Origin: an uncultured Verrucomicrobiae bacterium
GTDB lineage: Bacteria; Verrucomicrobiota; Verrucomicrobiia; Limisphaerales; CAIMTB01
Reading direction: 5' to 3'
DNA length: 64,000 bases
Assembly: GCA_963841495.1 (NCBI GenBank)
Contig: CAWJDJ010000019.1
Span: 41,053 to 105,052 of the forward strand
Below, piece by piece: positions 19,070 through 27,221 of this stretch. Under the pieces are notes generated by a model, which had not been told where the DNA came from, did no database searches, and saw only the letters and a list, made by a program, of their open reading frames with translations. The number at the start of each line of letters is the position of its first letter. The stretch's first letter is position 1. Position numbers and translations under genes: made by a program.

Positions 19070-20884
19070 TCACGCTGCTGTCGGGTGTCGCTCAAGGTGT
19101 GACACGAAGAACCGTTCGACTGCGCATTGCGACCGAAGCCAGGATTGCGGATTTCGGAATATGTGACCTTCATCCTCGAATACATGAAGATCCACCGGGG
19201 TGGTGGGAGGCAGAAGACCGCGTAGGCGGGTAACCTGTCCGACCGGAACAACCTCGTCGCGCCCACCGCGAAGGATCAGCAGGGGGACCGTCACATCCGC
19301 TGCCGCCTTTTCCAAAGGCGCGATCAACGGATCGTCAAGGAGATGACGTCGCACCGGCGCCGTCACCGGGATGGATGCTTCAAACAGAGGCGCCACGAAT
19401 GCGCACGCTGCGAATTCTGTGCCTCGTCCAAGAACCTGCAGTGCCGGCACGGCGGCCAGGCTGCCGGCCAGAATCCCCAGGGTCCGGCACCCTTCGGCAC
19501 GCAGAGAGGACGCCAGATCCTGAATGGCGGAACGCAACTGCACGAAATGCGATCCGATCGGTTCCCGTCGCACTCGTCCCCGCCCAATGGCGCCGGGTCC
19601 GTTCAATGTCACCACGCTGTAGCCATCCAGGGCGAGGGCGCGCGCGATGGAGTAGAGAAGGTGGTGGAAGAAGAACGACTGAGCCCCTGCGACGAACTGC
19701 TGGTGCAATCGCGGCAGAAGCAGAATTCCGGCCCCCCGATTTTGCGGGCCGGGCAGTCTCAAATAGTCGTATTCAACGCCGCCCCTCGCGACAAAGCCAC
19801 ACCGGCACCTTTCTTGATCCCCGGTCACAAGGATTTCATCGGGCATCGAAACGCGCCGAATCCATCGGCCGTTATCCCCGCAAAGCACCTCAAGCTGGCC
19901 ATCGTGCCGCCAGCGGGGCATCTGATAGACGCCGGGCACGGGCGGGAGGAACCGCCACTCCGTTCCGTTTTTCTGTCCGATCACAAGCTGCCGTTCGAAC
20001 CCGCCCTCGGGGCTCCGTGTATCCGATGCTATGATGGCAAGTCGATCGCCGCCCGGATCAATCGAAAAGTCGAACACTTCCAATCCATCCGGGGACACCG
20101 GCCTTGCGGGCGCGTCCGGGGCAAGCGCCCAGACCCGGGTGCACGCTCCGTTCTCGTACGCGGCCAAAACCTCCCCGCAGCCCAACACGACAGCCTTCAT
20201 TCCCGGTCCGCCATTAAATCCGAAAGCGACCTGTTGATCCATCACGGTTCGGTTCTCAAATGTCGATAGATCGAACCGCACGATTCGCACGCGCCCGCGA
20301 TTGTCGGCGGCCATCGACCCAAGCACGACCGCCAGGTAATTTCCGCGCATCGACAGTTCCACCGCAAGAGGTTCACCAGTTTGCGGAAAGGAGCCCAACT
20401 GTCGGGCGCTTCGTCCATCGTGCAAATGGATGCACAACCCGCTTTCTCCATGACAGCCGTAGGCGGCAACCTCGGCGATCGCCGCGCATTCGACAGCCTC
20501 CACCATGGTCTCGACGCGATCGCCGACCCTCGCCTCCAGACGCCTCCCCGCAAGGCACCACAGGCGCCCGCGTTCATCGTACGCGAGGCCCTGGACGTTC
20601 CCGGCCATCGACGAAAGACGAAGAGCCCCGCTCTCGTCGCGGATCATCAACGTCGAATCGTGTGCAAAAGCCAAAAGGCGGCCACAGGCGCTCCACGCGA
20701 TCCGAATCAATCCCAGGTTACTGAACCTGAAGACTTCGGTGCACCGATCCCGATCCTCCAGCACAATGGAAACACCGGCATCCGTCCCCCCCGCGTGGGG
20801 CCTCACGATCGCGAAGGCGCTGGCGGCGTCCGCTGGGGACGGTTCAACCGCAAGATAATACGGCAGGACATCAGCGGGTTTCAC
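19070..20884 (-). CDS. Beta-propeller + alpha/beta-hydrolase protein (S9 prolyl-oligopeptidase/acylaminoacyl-peptidase-like)
   Basis: The N-terminal ~330 aa are repetitive and beta-rich. The C-terminal hydrolase fold has a relaxed nucleophile elbow LGILAGSLAA, an acid in RGGRDEVVPV and a His in FEDEGHIF. Confidence 0.55.
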   Translation of the reverse strand: MKPADVLPYYLAVEPSPADAASAFAIVRPHAGGTDAGVSIVLEDRDRCTEVFRFSNLGLIRIAWSACGRLLAFAHDSTLMIRDESGALRLSSMAGNVQGLAYDERGRLWCLAGRRLEARVGDRVETMVEAVECAAIAEVAAYGCHGESGLCIHLHDGRSARQLGSFPQTGEPLAVELSMRGNYLAVVLGSMAADNRGRVRIVRFDLSTFENRTVMDQQVAFGFNGGPGMKAVVLGCGEVLAAYENGACTRVWALAPDAPARPVSPDGLEVFDFSIDPGGDRLAIIASDTRSPEGGFERQLVIGQKNGTEWRFLPPVPGVYQMPRWRHDGQLEVLCGDNGRWIRRVSMPDEILVTGDQERCRCGFVARGGVEYDYLRLPGPQNRGAGILLLPRLHQQFVAGAQSFFFHHLLYSIARALALDGYSVVTLNGPGAIGRGRVRREPIGSHFVQLRSAIQDLASSLRAEGCRTLGILAGSLAAVPALQVLGRGTEFAACAFVAPLFEASIPVTAPVRRHLLDDPLIAPLEKAAADVTVPLLILRGGRDEVVPVGQVTRLRGLLPPTTPVDLHVFEDEGHIFRNPQSWLRSQCAVERFFVSHLERHPTAA

Positions 20885-20905
20885 AGCGGGATTCCAACCG
20901 TGTCT

Positions 20906-22633
20906 TCAACAACGATACGAGAACTCCGTCATGCTTTGCGGCCGCAATCGTGACCGATCCAATTTCCCGGCAGCCGTCCTGGGCAATGTCCGGGTGAATT
21001 CAAGGACTGCCAGACGCTTGTACTCCTGCATCGGCCACCGGTTCTCGACCACGGATGCCAGTTCCCCGGCGAGCTCCGGACCCGCTGCGGCCCCTGGATC
21101 AACGACAACGAAAGCCTTCAGCGCCGTCAGTCCCTGCTCGTCGGGTGCCCCTATGATGGCGCACTCCCGGACGCAGGGATGCTGAAGAAGCGCCAGTTCG
21201 AGCTCGGTGGGATTGACCCAATCGCCGCAACCGAGTTTCACCAGGTGATCCGAACGTCCGTGAATATGGTAATAGCCGTCCAGGTCGAAGCTGAACAGGT
21301 CACTCGTCACAAACCACCCGTCTCGAAAGGATTGTCCGGTCCGCCCGGGATCTTTCCAGTAACCTGTGATAATCATGGGGCCGCGCACTCGCAGCTTTCC
21401 GATCTCGCCCGGCTGCACGGGCCTTTCCCCTTCGTCGATCACCTCGATTTCCACTCCCTCCACAGGCCTGCCCACAGAGCCGCGCCTCGTCTCTCCCGGG
21501 CGGTTCGTAATGTAGAGAAAGCCGACTTCGGTATTTCCGTAGGAATCCAGCAATTCCACCCGGGAAAACCGCGTCCACCGATCCAACAGGGCGTCTGCGA
21601 GCGGTTCTCCGCCAGTCACCGCCAATCGAAGCGACTGGAGTTTGTTCGAAAGCTCGGGACGCGACACCGTATCCGCCAGAAATCGGGGCTGGGCAAACAG
21701 CAAACTGCAACGGTGGGCGTCGATAACTTCGGCGAGCGTCGCGCTCCCAGGCGACTCCGGAACCAGCGCGCACGCCGCGCCTTCAACAAACGGCATCAAA
21801 ATCGAGCAGCCCAACCCGTATCCTGTCGTCATTTTGGCCACGGAAATGACGCGATCGGCCGCGTTCAGTCCCAGGACCGGCAGCGCAAATCCAAAATACC
21901 CGTGCAGAATGTCCTGATGGCGGTGCACAATCAGCTTCGGTCGCCCCGTGCTTCCCGAGCTCAGGAGACCGTACGCCTGGCCATTGGGATTCCCGGAAAC
22001 AACATAGTCCGGTCCGCTCCGCGCCATGATTGCGGTGCTGAACTCCGAAGGCGTGGTCCAACCCAGTCCGGCCCCAACGACTCCGAGCATCCCGGGCAAA
22101 GACCGAAGTCCCGGCAAGCGTCCCGGCAACCGATCATAGGCGATCGTGAGGCGCGCGTCGCACTGTTGAGCCATGAAGAACGCATCCTCGGCCGGCAGCG
22201 CGGGATCCATGAGGATCGCGACCGCGCCGGCACCTGTGACGCCGAAATAGGCCGCCACGAGCGTGGCGCAATCGGGCATCGACAAGATAACCCGGTCACC
22301 AGGAACGATGCCCATCGAGCGCAGCCAGGCCGTGCAACGGCCCGCCATTTCACCGACCTGCTCATAGCTGTAGGTCTGCCGCTCGAAGTAGAGCGCGGGT
22401 TGCGACCCACGACCCTCACGGCAATGACGATGCAGCATCAATTCCGCGTGATTTACCGTGTCCGGAGATGACCCCACACGGCTGCAAAGGGCGACTACCG
22501 CGGCCGCTGCGGGGGTCTCATCGCGAAAGGACATAACGCTTCTCCGGCAGGTCGCCCATTCCCCGTCATGGGGCCAGGAACTGTAATCGGACCCATCGCG
22601 AGGTGGAAGCCCGGATTTGCCTGATCGATTCAT
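20906..22633 (-). CDS. Aryl/acyl-CoA ligase (AMP-binding superfamily, benzoate-CoA-ligase-like)
   Basis: Motifs LLSSGSTGRPKLIVHRH, TGYGLGCS, DSYGNTEVG, WFVTSDLF, GRSDHLVKLGCGDWVNPTELE and LPRTAAGKLDR. ATG at 22633 lies 4 nt after the stop of the upstream OMT gene. Confidence 0.85.
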   Translation of the reverse strand: MNRSGKSGLPPRDGSDYSSWPHDGEWATCRRSVMSFRDETPAAAAVVALCSRVGSSPDTVNHAELMLHRHCREGRGSQPALYFERQTYSYEQVGEMAGRCTAWLRSMGIVPGDRVILSMPDCATLVAAYFGVTGAGAVAILMDPALPAEDAFFMAQQCDARLTIAYDRLPGRLPGLRSLPGMLGVVGAGLGWTTPSEFSTAIMARSGPDYVVSGNPNGQAYGLLSSGSTGRPKLIVHRHQDILHGYFGFALPVLGLNAADRVISVAKMTTGYGLGCSILMPFVEGAACALVPESPGSATLAEVIDAHRCSLLFAQPRFLADTVSRPELSNKLQSLRLAVTGGEPLADALLDRWTRFSRVELLDSYGNTEVGFLYITNRPGETRRGSVGRPVEGVEIEVIDEGERPVQPGEIGKLRVRGPMIITGYWKDPGRTGQSFRDGWFVTSDLFSFDLDGYYHIHGRSDHLVKLGCGDWVNPTELELALLQHPCVRECAIIGAPDEQGLTALKAFVVVDPGAAAGPELAGELASVVENRWPMQEYKRLAVLEFTRTLPRTAAGKLDRSRLRPQSMTEFSYRC

Positions 22634-22637
22634 GGTG

Positions 22638-23816
22638 TCACTCGATGAAAGGAGTGCGCCGGGAGAGAGGCCAACCGGCGACCCTCGGCGTCGAATTCGC
22701 CCCACACGTCTCGTCGGTCTGAGGTTGTGTCTCGTTGGAGCCCGTCTGCGCCATCGAATCGGCTTGTAACTCCATGACGTTGATCGCCGTTTCAGTCCGC
22801 ACAAGCCGCGCGAGAGCGAGTCCCGCCTTTTGAAAGAGGCGCTCGTACTCCAGGAGAGTCCGCTCACGCCCGGTCGTCATCACCAGCATATTCAAATCGG
22901 TCATGTGGATATCCGAGAGAAGATCGTCGCGAACGGATGTCGCGCCGGGAAGGGATTCCGGTACCGCCCGCTCAATGACGAGGACCCGACGGTGCGGTGT
23001 CAAAACGGTTCGACAATTGCCAAGAATCCTGCACGCGCGCTCGTCGTCCCAGTCGTGGAGAACGCGTGAGAGTATGTAGGCATCACCGCCCACAGGGACC
23101 TCAGCCAGGGCATCGCCGCAGGTGAACACGCACCGGGATTGCAGGCCGGCCTCTTCGATCCGCTGCTTCGCCCTCTGGGCGACGTCCGGGAGATCGTACA
23201 CAACACCCTGGGCCTCGGGATTGGCCTGCAAAATGCCGATCAGCAAACTCCCATTCCCTCCGCCCACGTCGACGATTCTCTTCAATTCCGAGAACGAGTA
23301 GCTCTTGAGCAGGTTCTCGATATAGGTGCGCGTGAAGCCGGCCATCGCGGCATCAAAGAGGTTTGCATACTCGGGTTGTGCCGCGCGGTACTGCCAGAGA
23401 TCCATGCGATAGCGATGCTCAAACGCGCTCTCGCCGGTGCGGATGCTGTGCATCACATCGCTCCACGCATCCTGGTGCACCTTTCCAAGCATCAACAAGG
23501 CCCAATCGTGGAGCGAGCCCGCCTGGTTCCTGCGAAGGGTCGCACCCAATGGCGTGAGCGAAAATCGCTGCTGTTCGTCCCCGGCAAGAATTCCCTCCGC
23601 GGCAAGCGCCCTCAGCACTCGATAAAGCGGTTGCGTCCGCGTTCCGGTTGCCTGGGCAAGCTCCTCACTACCCTTGGGTCCATCAGACAACAGATCCGGA
23701 ATATCAAGGCTGACGAAGACATGGATGGCCCTTGATAACCAGGAAGCCTCGATCAACCGCACCATAAGCGCGGATGCCTGGCGGCTCGAATCCTCCGGTT
23801 TGCCAGACACAGTCAT
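22638..23816 (-). CDS. SAM-dependent O-methyltransferase (Methyltransf_2 type with N-terminal dimerisation/winged-helix domain)
   Basis: VDVGGGNGSLLIGIL (SAM motif I), VVYDLPDV, LSRVLHDWDDE, and an N-terminal wHTH-like ELAQATGTRTQPLYRVLRALA. Confidence 0.85.
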   Translation of the reverse strand: MTVSGKPEDSSRQASALMVRLIEASWLSRAIHVFVSLDIPDLLSDGPKGSEELAQATGTRTQPLYRVLRALAAEGILAGDEQQRFSLTPLGATLRRNQAGSLHDWALLMLGKVHQDAWSDVMHSIRTGESAFEHRYRMDLWQYRAAQPEYANLFDAAMAGFTRTYIENLLKSYSFSELKRIVDVGGGNGSLLIGILQANPEAQGVVYDLPDVAQRAKQRIEEAGLQSRCVFTCGDALAEVPVGGDAYILSRVLHDWDDERACRILGNCRTVLTPHRRVLVIERAVPESLPGATSVRDDLLSDIHMTDLNMLVMTTGRERTLLEYERLFQKAGLALARLVRTETAINVMELQADSMAQTGSNETQPQTDETCGANSTPRVAGWPLSRRTPFIE

Positions 23817-23859
23817 TCTCTTGTCGCATTCCTCCGACCCGGGTGCGCCTGAATTGGAC

Positions 23860-25602
23860 TCAAGGAGGGCCCGCCGCGAGTTCTGGAATAGGAACCTGAA
23901 TTCGATTGGACACTCCAGCCTGGGGTCTCATGGGAACCTTTGTATCGACGTAAAATCCCTCCATGACGAGCACGTCGATCGAGGAGCGAAGATAGGTGAC
24001 CAGCGCGTCATAGGGAGACTCAACAATCGGATCGCCGGCCAGGTTGAACGAGGTGTTCAGCAACATCGGAAATCCGGTCCGGATTTCGAATGCCCGCAAC
24101 AGCGCGCGCACGAACGGTTCCTTCCCGTCAGGGACGGCTTGAACCCGCGACGATCCATCAACGTGGACGATGGCCGGGAGAGCCGACCGAAACTGGGGAC
24201 GCAGGCGGGTTGCCAGCAGCATGTACGGTGAAGACTGCTCCAATTCAAAGTACTTCACCTGCGCCTCCTCCGTCACCACGGGAGCGAAGGGCCGAAATGG
24301 CTCACGACCCTTCAGCCGGTTCAGCCGATCTTTCATCCCGGCGTCACGCGGATCCGCCAGAATGCTTCTGTGGCAGAGCGCGCGGGGCCCGGTCTCCGAC
24401 CGGCCACGCAACAAACCGATGATCCTGCCTTCGGCAAGATCCGCCGCCATGCGCTCCGCAAGTTCCGGGTTGCCTAGACGCCTCGCCTGGAGTCCGAAAT
24501 AGTCCAGCCATTCCTCGATAACCGTGTCCCCGTAACTTGGCCCCAGAAATGGCAGGGTATCCGCGCCGCGTCGGAGTCGTCTGAAGGCCTGATGGAACGT
24601 ATAAAAGGCCGCTCCAATGCAAAGGCCGTCGTCGCCGGCCGCCGGAACAACATGAATCCTCTGAAATCGTGTGTCCGCCAGGATCCGGCCGTTCAACTGG
24701 CAATTCAGAAAGACGCCTCCGGCTCCACAAAGTGCCCGATGCGATCCGGCAGGATTGAGGGCGTTGAGAAGGGCAATCATGTACTCTTCGAGGAGGTGCT
24801 GTCCGGTTGCCGCAATGTCCGCTGCCCTCCCCCGGGCGAATCTATGCCAGGGCTCGCCCGAATTCTGCCATGTTCGATCGACATCCGTCAGACCCGTCTC
24901 GAACGTCAGGAAAAACTGCAGGTCCTCAATCGCGGGAATCCGTGTTTCAAGAAGCGACTTCCCGTAGGCCGCCAATCCCATGGTCTTGCCTCCCTCGCGC
25001 TCGCCAAACCCGCTGAGATACGTGAATTGCTCGTACTTGTGGCCAAGGCTGATCTGCTTCTTTCTGTCCACCTCCGTCATGTAAGGCAGCAGGAACGAAT
25101 TCCGTCGCGTCATTCTCGCAAGGCCGAAGTCCTGCAGCCTTCGGTCGATGAGTTCGATGCCATCGCCCGAGCCCACATAGACGCTCTCCGCCTCGACACG
25201 ATGCCCGATGATGTCACCCGACCCGTCCGCCACAACAATCATGGCGGCGTCCAAATCCGACGTGCAGTAGGTGGACCAGGCGTGGCAATCATGGTGGCCG
25301 ACTCCCAGAACCTCGAGCTGGGGAGCGGCAAGAGCATCCCGCAACTCGTCCCGCAGAAGATGAATCACCCGGTCAATTTCGACATTGGTGTAGCTGATCC
25401 CGGCAATGGCCAGGTCCCCGGCGCGGATTCCCGCAGTATCAAGGACAGCCTTGATCGACTTCAATGGCAGTTCCGGTGAATTGGAATGCTTGCGGCGATC
25501 CAACCGTTCCTCGGCGATTTGAGCGATGAGTTGCCCATCGCTCACCAGCGCGGCCCCCCGATCATGTCCTAAATGCACCCCTAAGGAATGTTGTCTCGGC
25601 AT
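23860..25602 (-). CDS. NodU/CmcH-family carbamoyltransferase
   Basis: 580 aa. GHDRGAALVSDGQLIAQIAEERLDRRKH at the N-terminus and C-terminal NTSFNLAGDPIVESP are typical of carbamoyltransferases. Confidence 0.9.
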   Translation of the reverse strand: MPRQHSLGVHLGHDRGAALVSDGQLIAQIAEERLDRRKHSNSPELPLKSIKAVLDTAGIRAGDLAIAGISYTNVEIDRVIHLLRDELRDALAAPQLEVLGVGHHDCHAWSTYCTSDLDAAMIVVADGSGDIIGHRVEAESVYVGSGDGIELIDRRLQDFGLARMTRRNSFLLPYMTEVDRKKQISLGHKYEQFTYLSGFGEREGGKTMGLAAYGKSLLETRIPAIEDLQFFLTFETGLTDVDRTWQNSGEPWHRFARGRAADIAATGQHLLEEYMIALLNALNPAGSHRALCGAGGVFLNCQLNGRILADTRFQRIHVVPAAGDDGLCIGAAFYTFHQAFRRLRRGADTLPFLGPSYGDTVIEEWLDYFGLQARRLGNPELAERMAADLAEGRIIGLLRGRSETGPRALCHRSILADPRDAGMKDRLNRLKGREPFRPFAPVVTEEAQVKYFELEQSSPYMLLATRLRPQFRSALPAIVHVDGSSRVQAVPDGKEPFVRALLRAFEIRTGFPMLLNTSFNLAGDPIVESPYDALVTYLRSSIDVLVMEGFYVDTKVPMRPQAGVSNRIQVPIPELAAGPP

Positions 25603-25680
25603 GTCCGGGAATCGATTGACACTCTGTCCTGTCCAGGCCTCCCTGTGGGTCCTTCTCCAACGCCAGGCTTCCGGACAACT

Positions 25681-26721
25681 TCACATTTGAACGACAATCC
25701 GCTGCGTCTTTCCGGAGGGGCTCGTCTTCAATTCCTCGAAAAGGCCCTCCAGGGGGATGAGCTTGGAAATCAGCGGCTTCAGATTGACGGCCCCGTTCGA
25801 TAGCAGGTCGGCGGCTTGCCTGAAATCCTGGTCGGTATTATTGGCGGAGCCTGTAATCGTGATTTCCTGGTAGTGGATCGCATTCCAGTCAACCTGCAGA
25901 GGCTCGGAAGGGTGCAAGGACGCATACAAAATGATCCGGCCGGTGCGCGCCACCATCCCCAGCGCCTGCTCGCCCGCCTTCCTGAAGCCGGCCGCGACAA
26001 TGACGACGTCCGCTCCGCGTCCCTCGGTGCGGTCCTTGACAAACTCAATGGGATCCGTGGTTCGAGCGTTCACCGTGAAGTCGGCTCCCAGCGTCTGTGC
26101 GAAACCCAGTCGCGCGTCATCGACATCGCTAACGATCGTGCAGGCCCCCTCGAGTTGGGCGAGAAGAAGGTGAATTGTCCCCATCGTCCCGGCTCCCAAA
26201 ACAGCCACCGTGTCTCTGGATGAGATCTGTGCCCGGTGGATGCTGTGCAAGCAACATGCCAAGGGTTCGATCAAACTTGCCTCCTGCAGCTCGACGTGTT
26301 CGGGCAGTTTCACGACATGGTCGATCGGCACGGAAACAAATTCTGCGAAACCTCCGCCCACAATCTTGAAATCGGAATCGGAGCGGGATTTCCCCAGCTC
26401 GAGGCAGATGTTGTTGCTGCCCTTGCCACAATAATAGCAGCGCCCGCACCGTCTCATGACGTCGACGGCGACGCGGTCTCCGGGCCTCACGGCGGATTGG
26501 CGCTGATCCGCCCACTCGACGATGCCGGCAAGCTCGTGGCCCCCGATGACCGGGTAGTGCGGCAGGCCGCCCGAGAACAGCCGACGTTCCATTGTGCAGA
26601 TCGCAACCGCCTTGGACCGGACAAGAACTTCTCCTGGCGCCGGTTCGCAGCACTTGATCCATTGTACCCCGGCAGTCCGCGGGGCCGTTATGACGAAGGC
26701 CCTCATGGTTTTCGCGGCCAT
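25681..26721 (-). CDS. Zinc-dependent medium-chain dehydrogenase/reductase (threonine/sorbitol dehydrogenase-like)
   Basis: GHELAGIVE (catalytic Zn), RCGRCYYCGKGSNNIC (structural Zn) and AVLGAGTMG (Rossmann). Start candidates ATG 26721 or 26706; the ORF is open to 26787. Confidence 0.85.
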   Translation of the reverse strand: MAAKTMRAFVITAPRTAGVQWIKCCEPAPGEVLVRSKAVAICTMERRLFSGGLPHYPVIGGHELAGIVEWADQRQSAVRPGDRVAVDVMRRCGRCYYCGKGSNNICLELGKSRSDSDFKIVGGGFAEFVSVPIDHVVKLPEHVELQEASLIEPLACCLHSIHRAQISSRDTVAVLGAGTMGTIHLLLAQLEGACTIVSDVDDARLGFAQTLGADFTVNARTTDPIEFVKDRTEGRGADVVIVAAGFRKAGEQALGMVARTGRIILYASLHPSEPLQVDWNAIHYQEITITGSANNTDQDFRQAADLLSNGAVNLKPLISKLIPLEGLFEELKTSPSGKTQRIVVQM

Positions 26722-26805
26722 CGAAATCCTTTTCTCAATTGCTCGTTCGAGCCGGCACGTCGTGAGATTGGCAGGAGGCCGCCTCACCTTCGCGGCATCC
26801 GGCCG

Positions 26806-27049
26806 GAGCCTAAGGCAGGCTTCGGTTGCGCGTCAACGAGGTGCAAATGGCCCGCGGCGATCCCGGTTCTCCAATCACGCCGCCGCTCCACCGGGCCCGT
26901 TGATCGTACCGCTTTTGCGCGAGGTCCCGCGTCTGCAGGATTGGCTCGACCGTCATCCCGCGCCTGCGGGACGGGAATGCTCCGGTCTCGCCGCCTCGGC
27001 CTCGCACAAAATCCCTCGTCGCAGGCCCTTCCCACTTATCAGACGGGCT
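26806..27049. repeat. Copy M1 of a ~270-bp palindromic MITE-like repeat family (one arm degenerate)
   Basis: Shares the core gcgagg...cgaccgtcatcccgc...gggacggg.atgctccggtctcgccg..tcggcctcgcacaaaatccctcgtcgcag and the terminus tcagacgggct with copies at 28848, 50048, 54405 and 56050. Confidence 0.7.
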
Positions 27050-27221
27050 AAGCCGTAAACATGCAGTTGGGAGGGAAATGATTGCGCCGCAGATTTCCGG
27101 GCAAGACGAGGAGTGAGCGAGGCGCGTATCGGAACGGAGATACGTAACGAGCGAACGACGAAGCTCTTGCCCGGAAAGATCCAGCAAGCACGACCGATCC
27201 AACTGCATGGTTACGGCTAAG
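27047..27221. other. Long three-tier hairpin (~170 nt) overlapping the stop codon of the 27217..28803 gene
   Basis: Outer stem ctaagccgtaaacatgcagttgg / ccaactgcatggttacggctaag (21 of 23 bp paired). Middle stem gatttccgggcaaga / tcttgcccggaaagatc. Inner stem cgtatc / gatacg. Confidence 0.6.
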
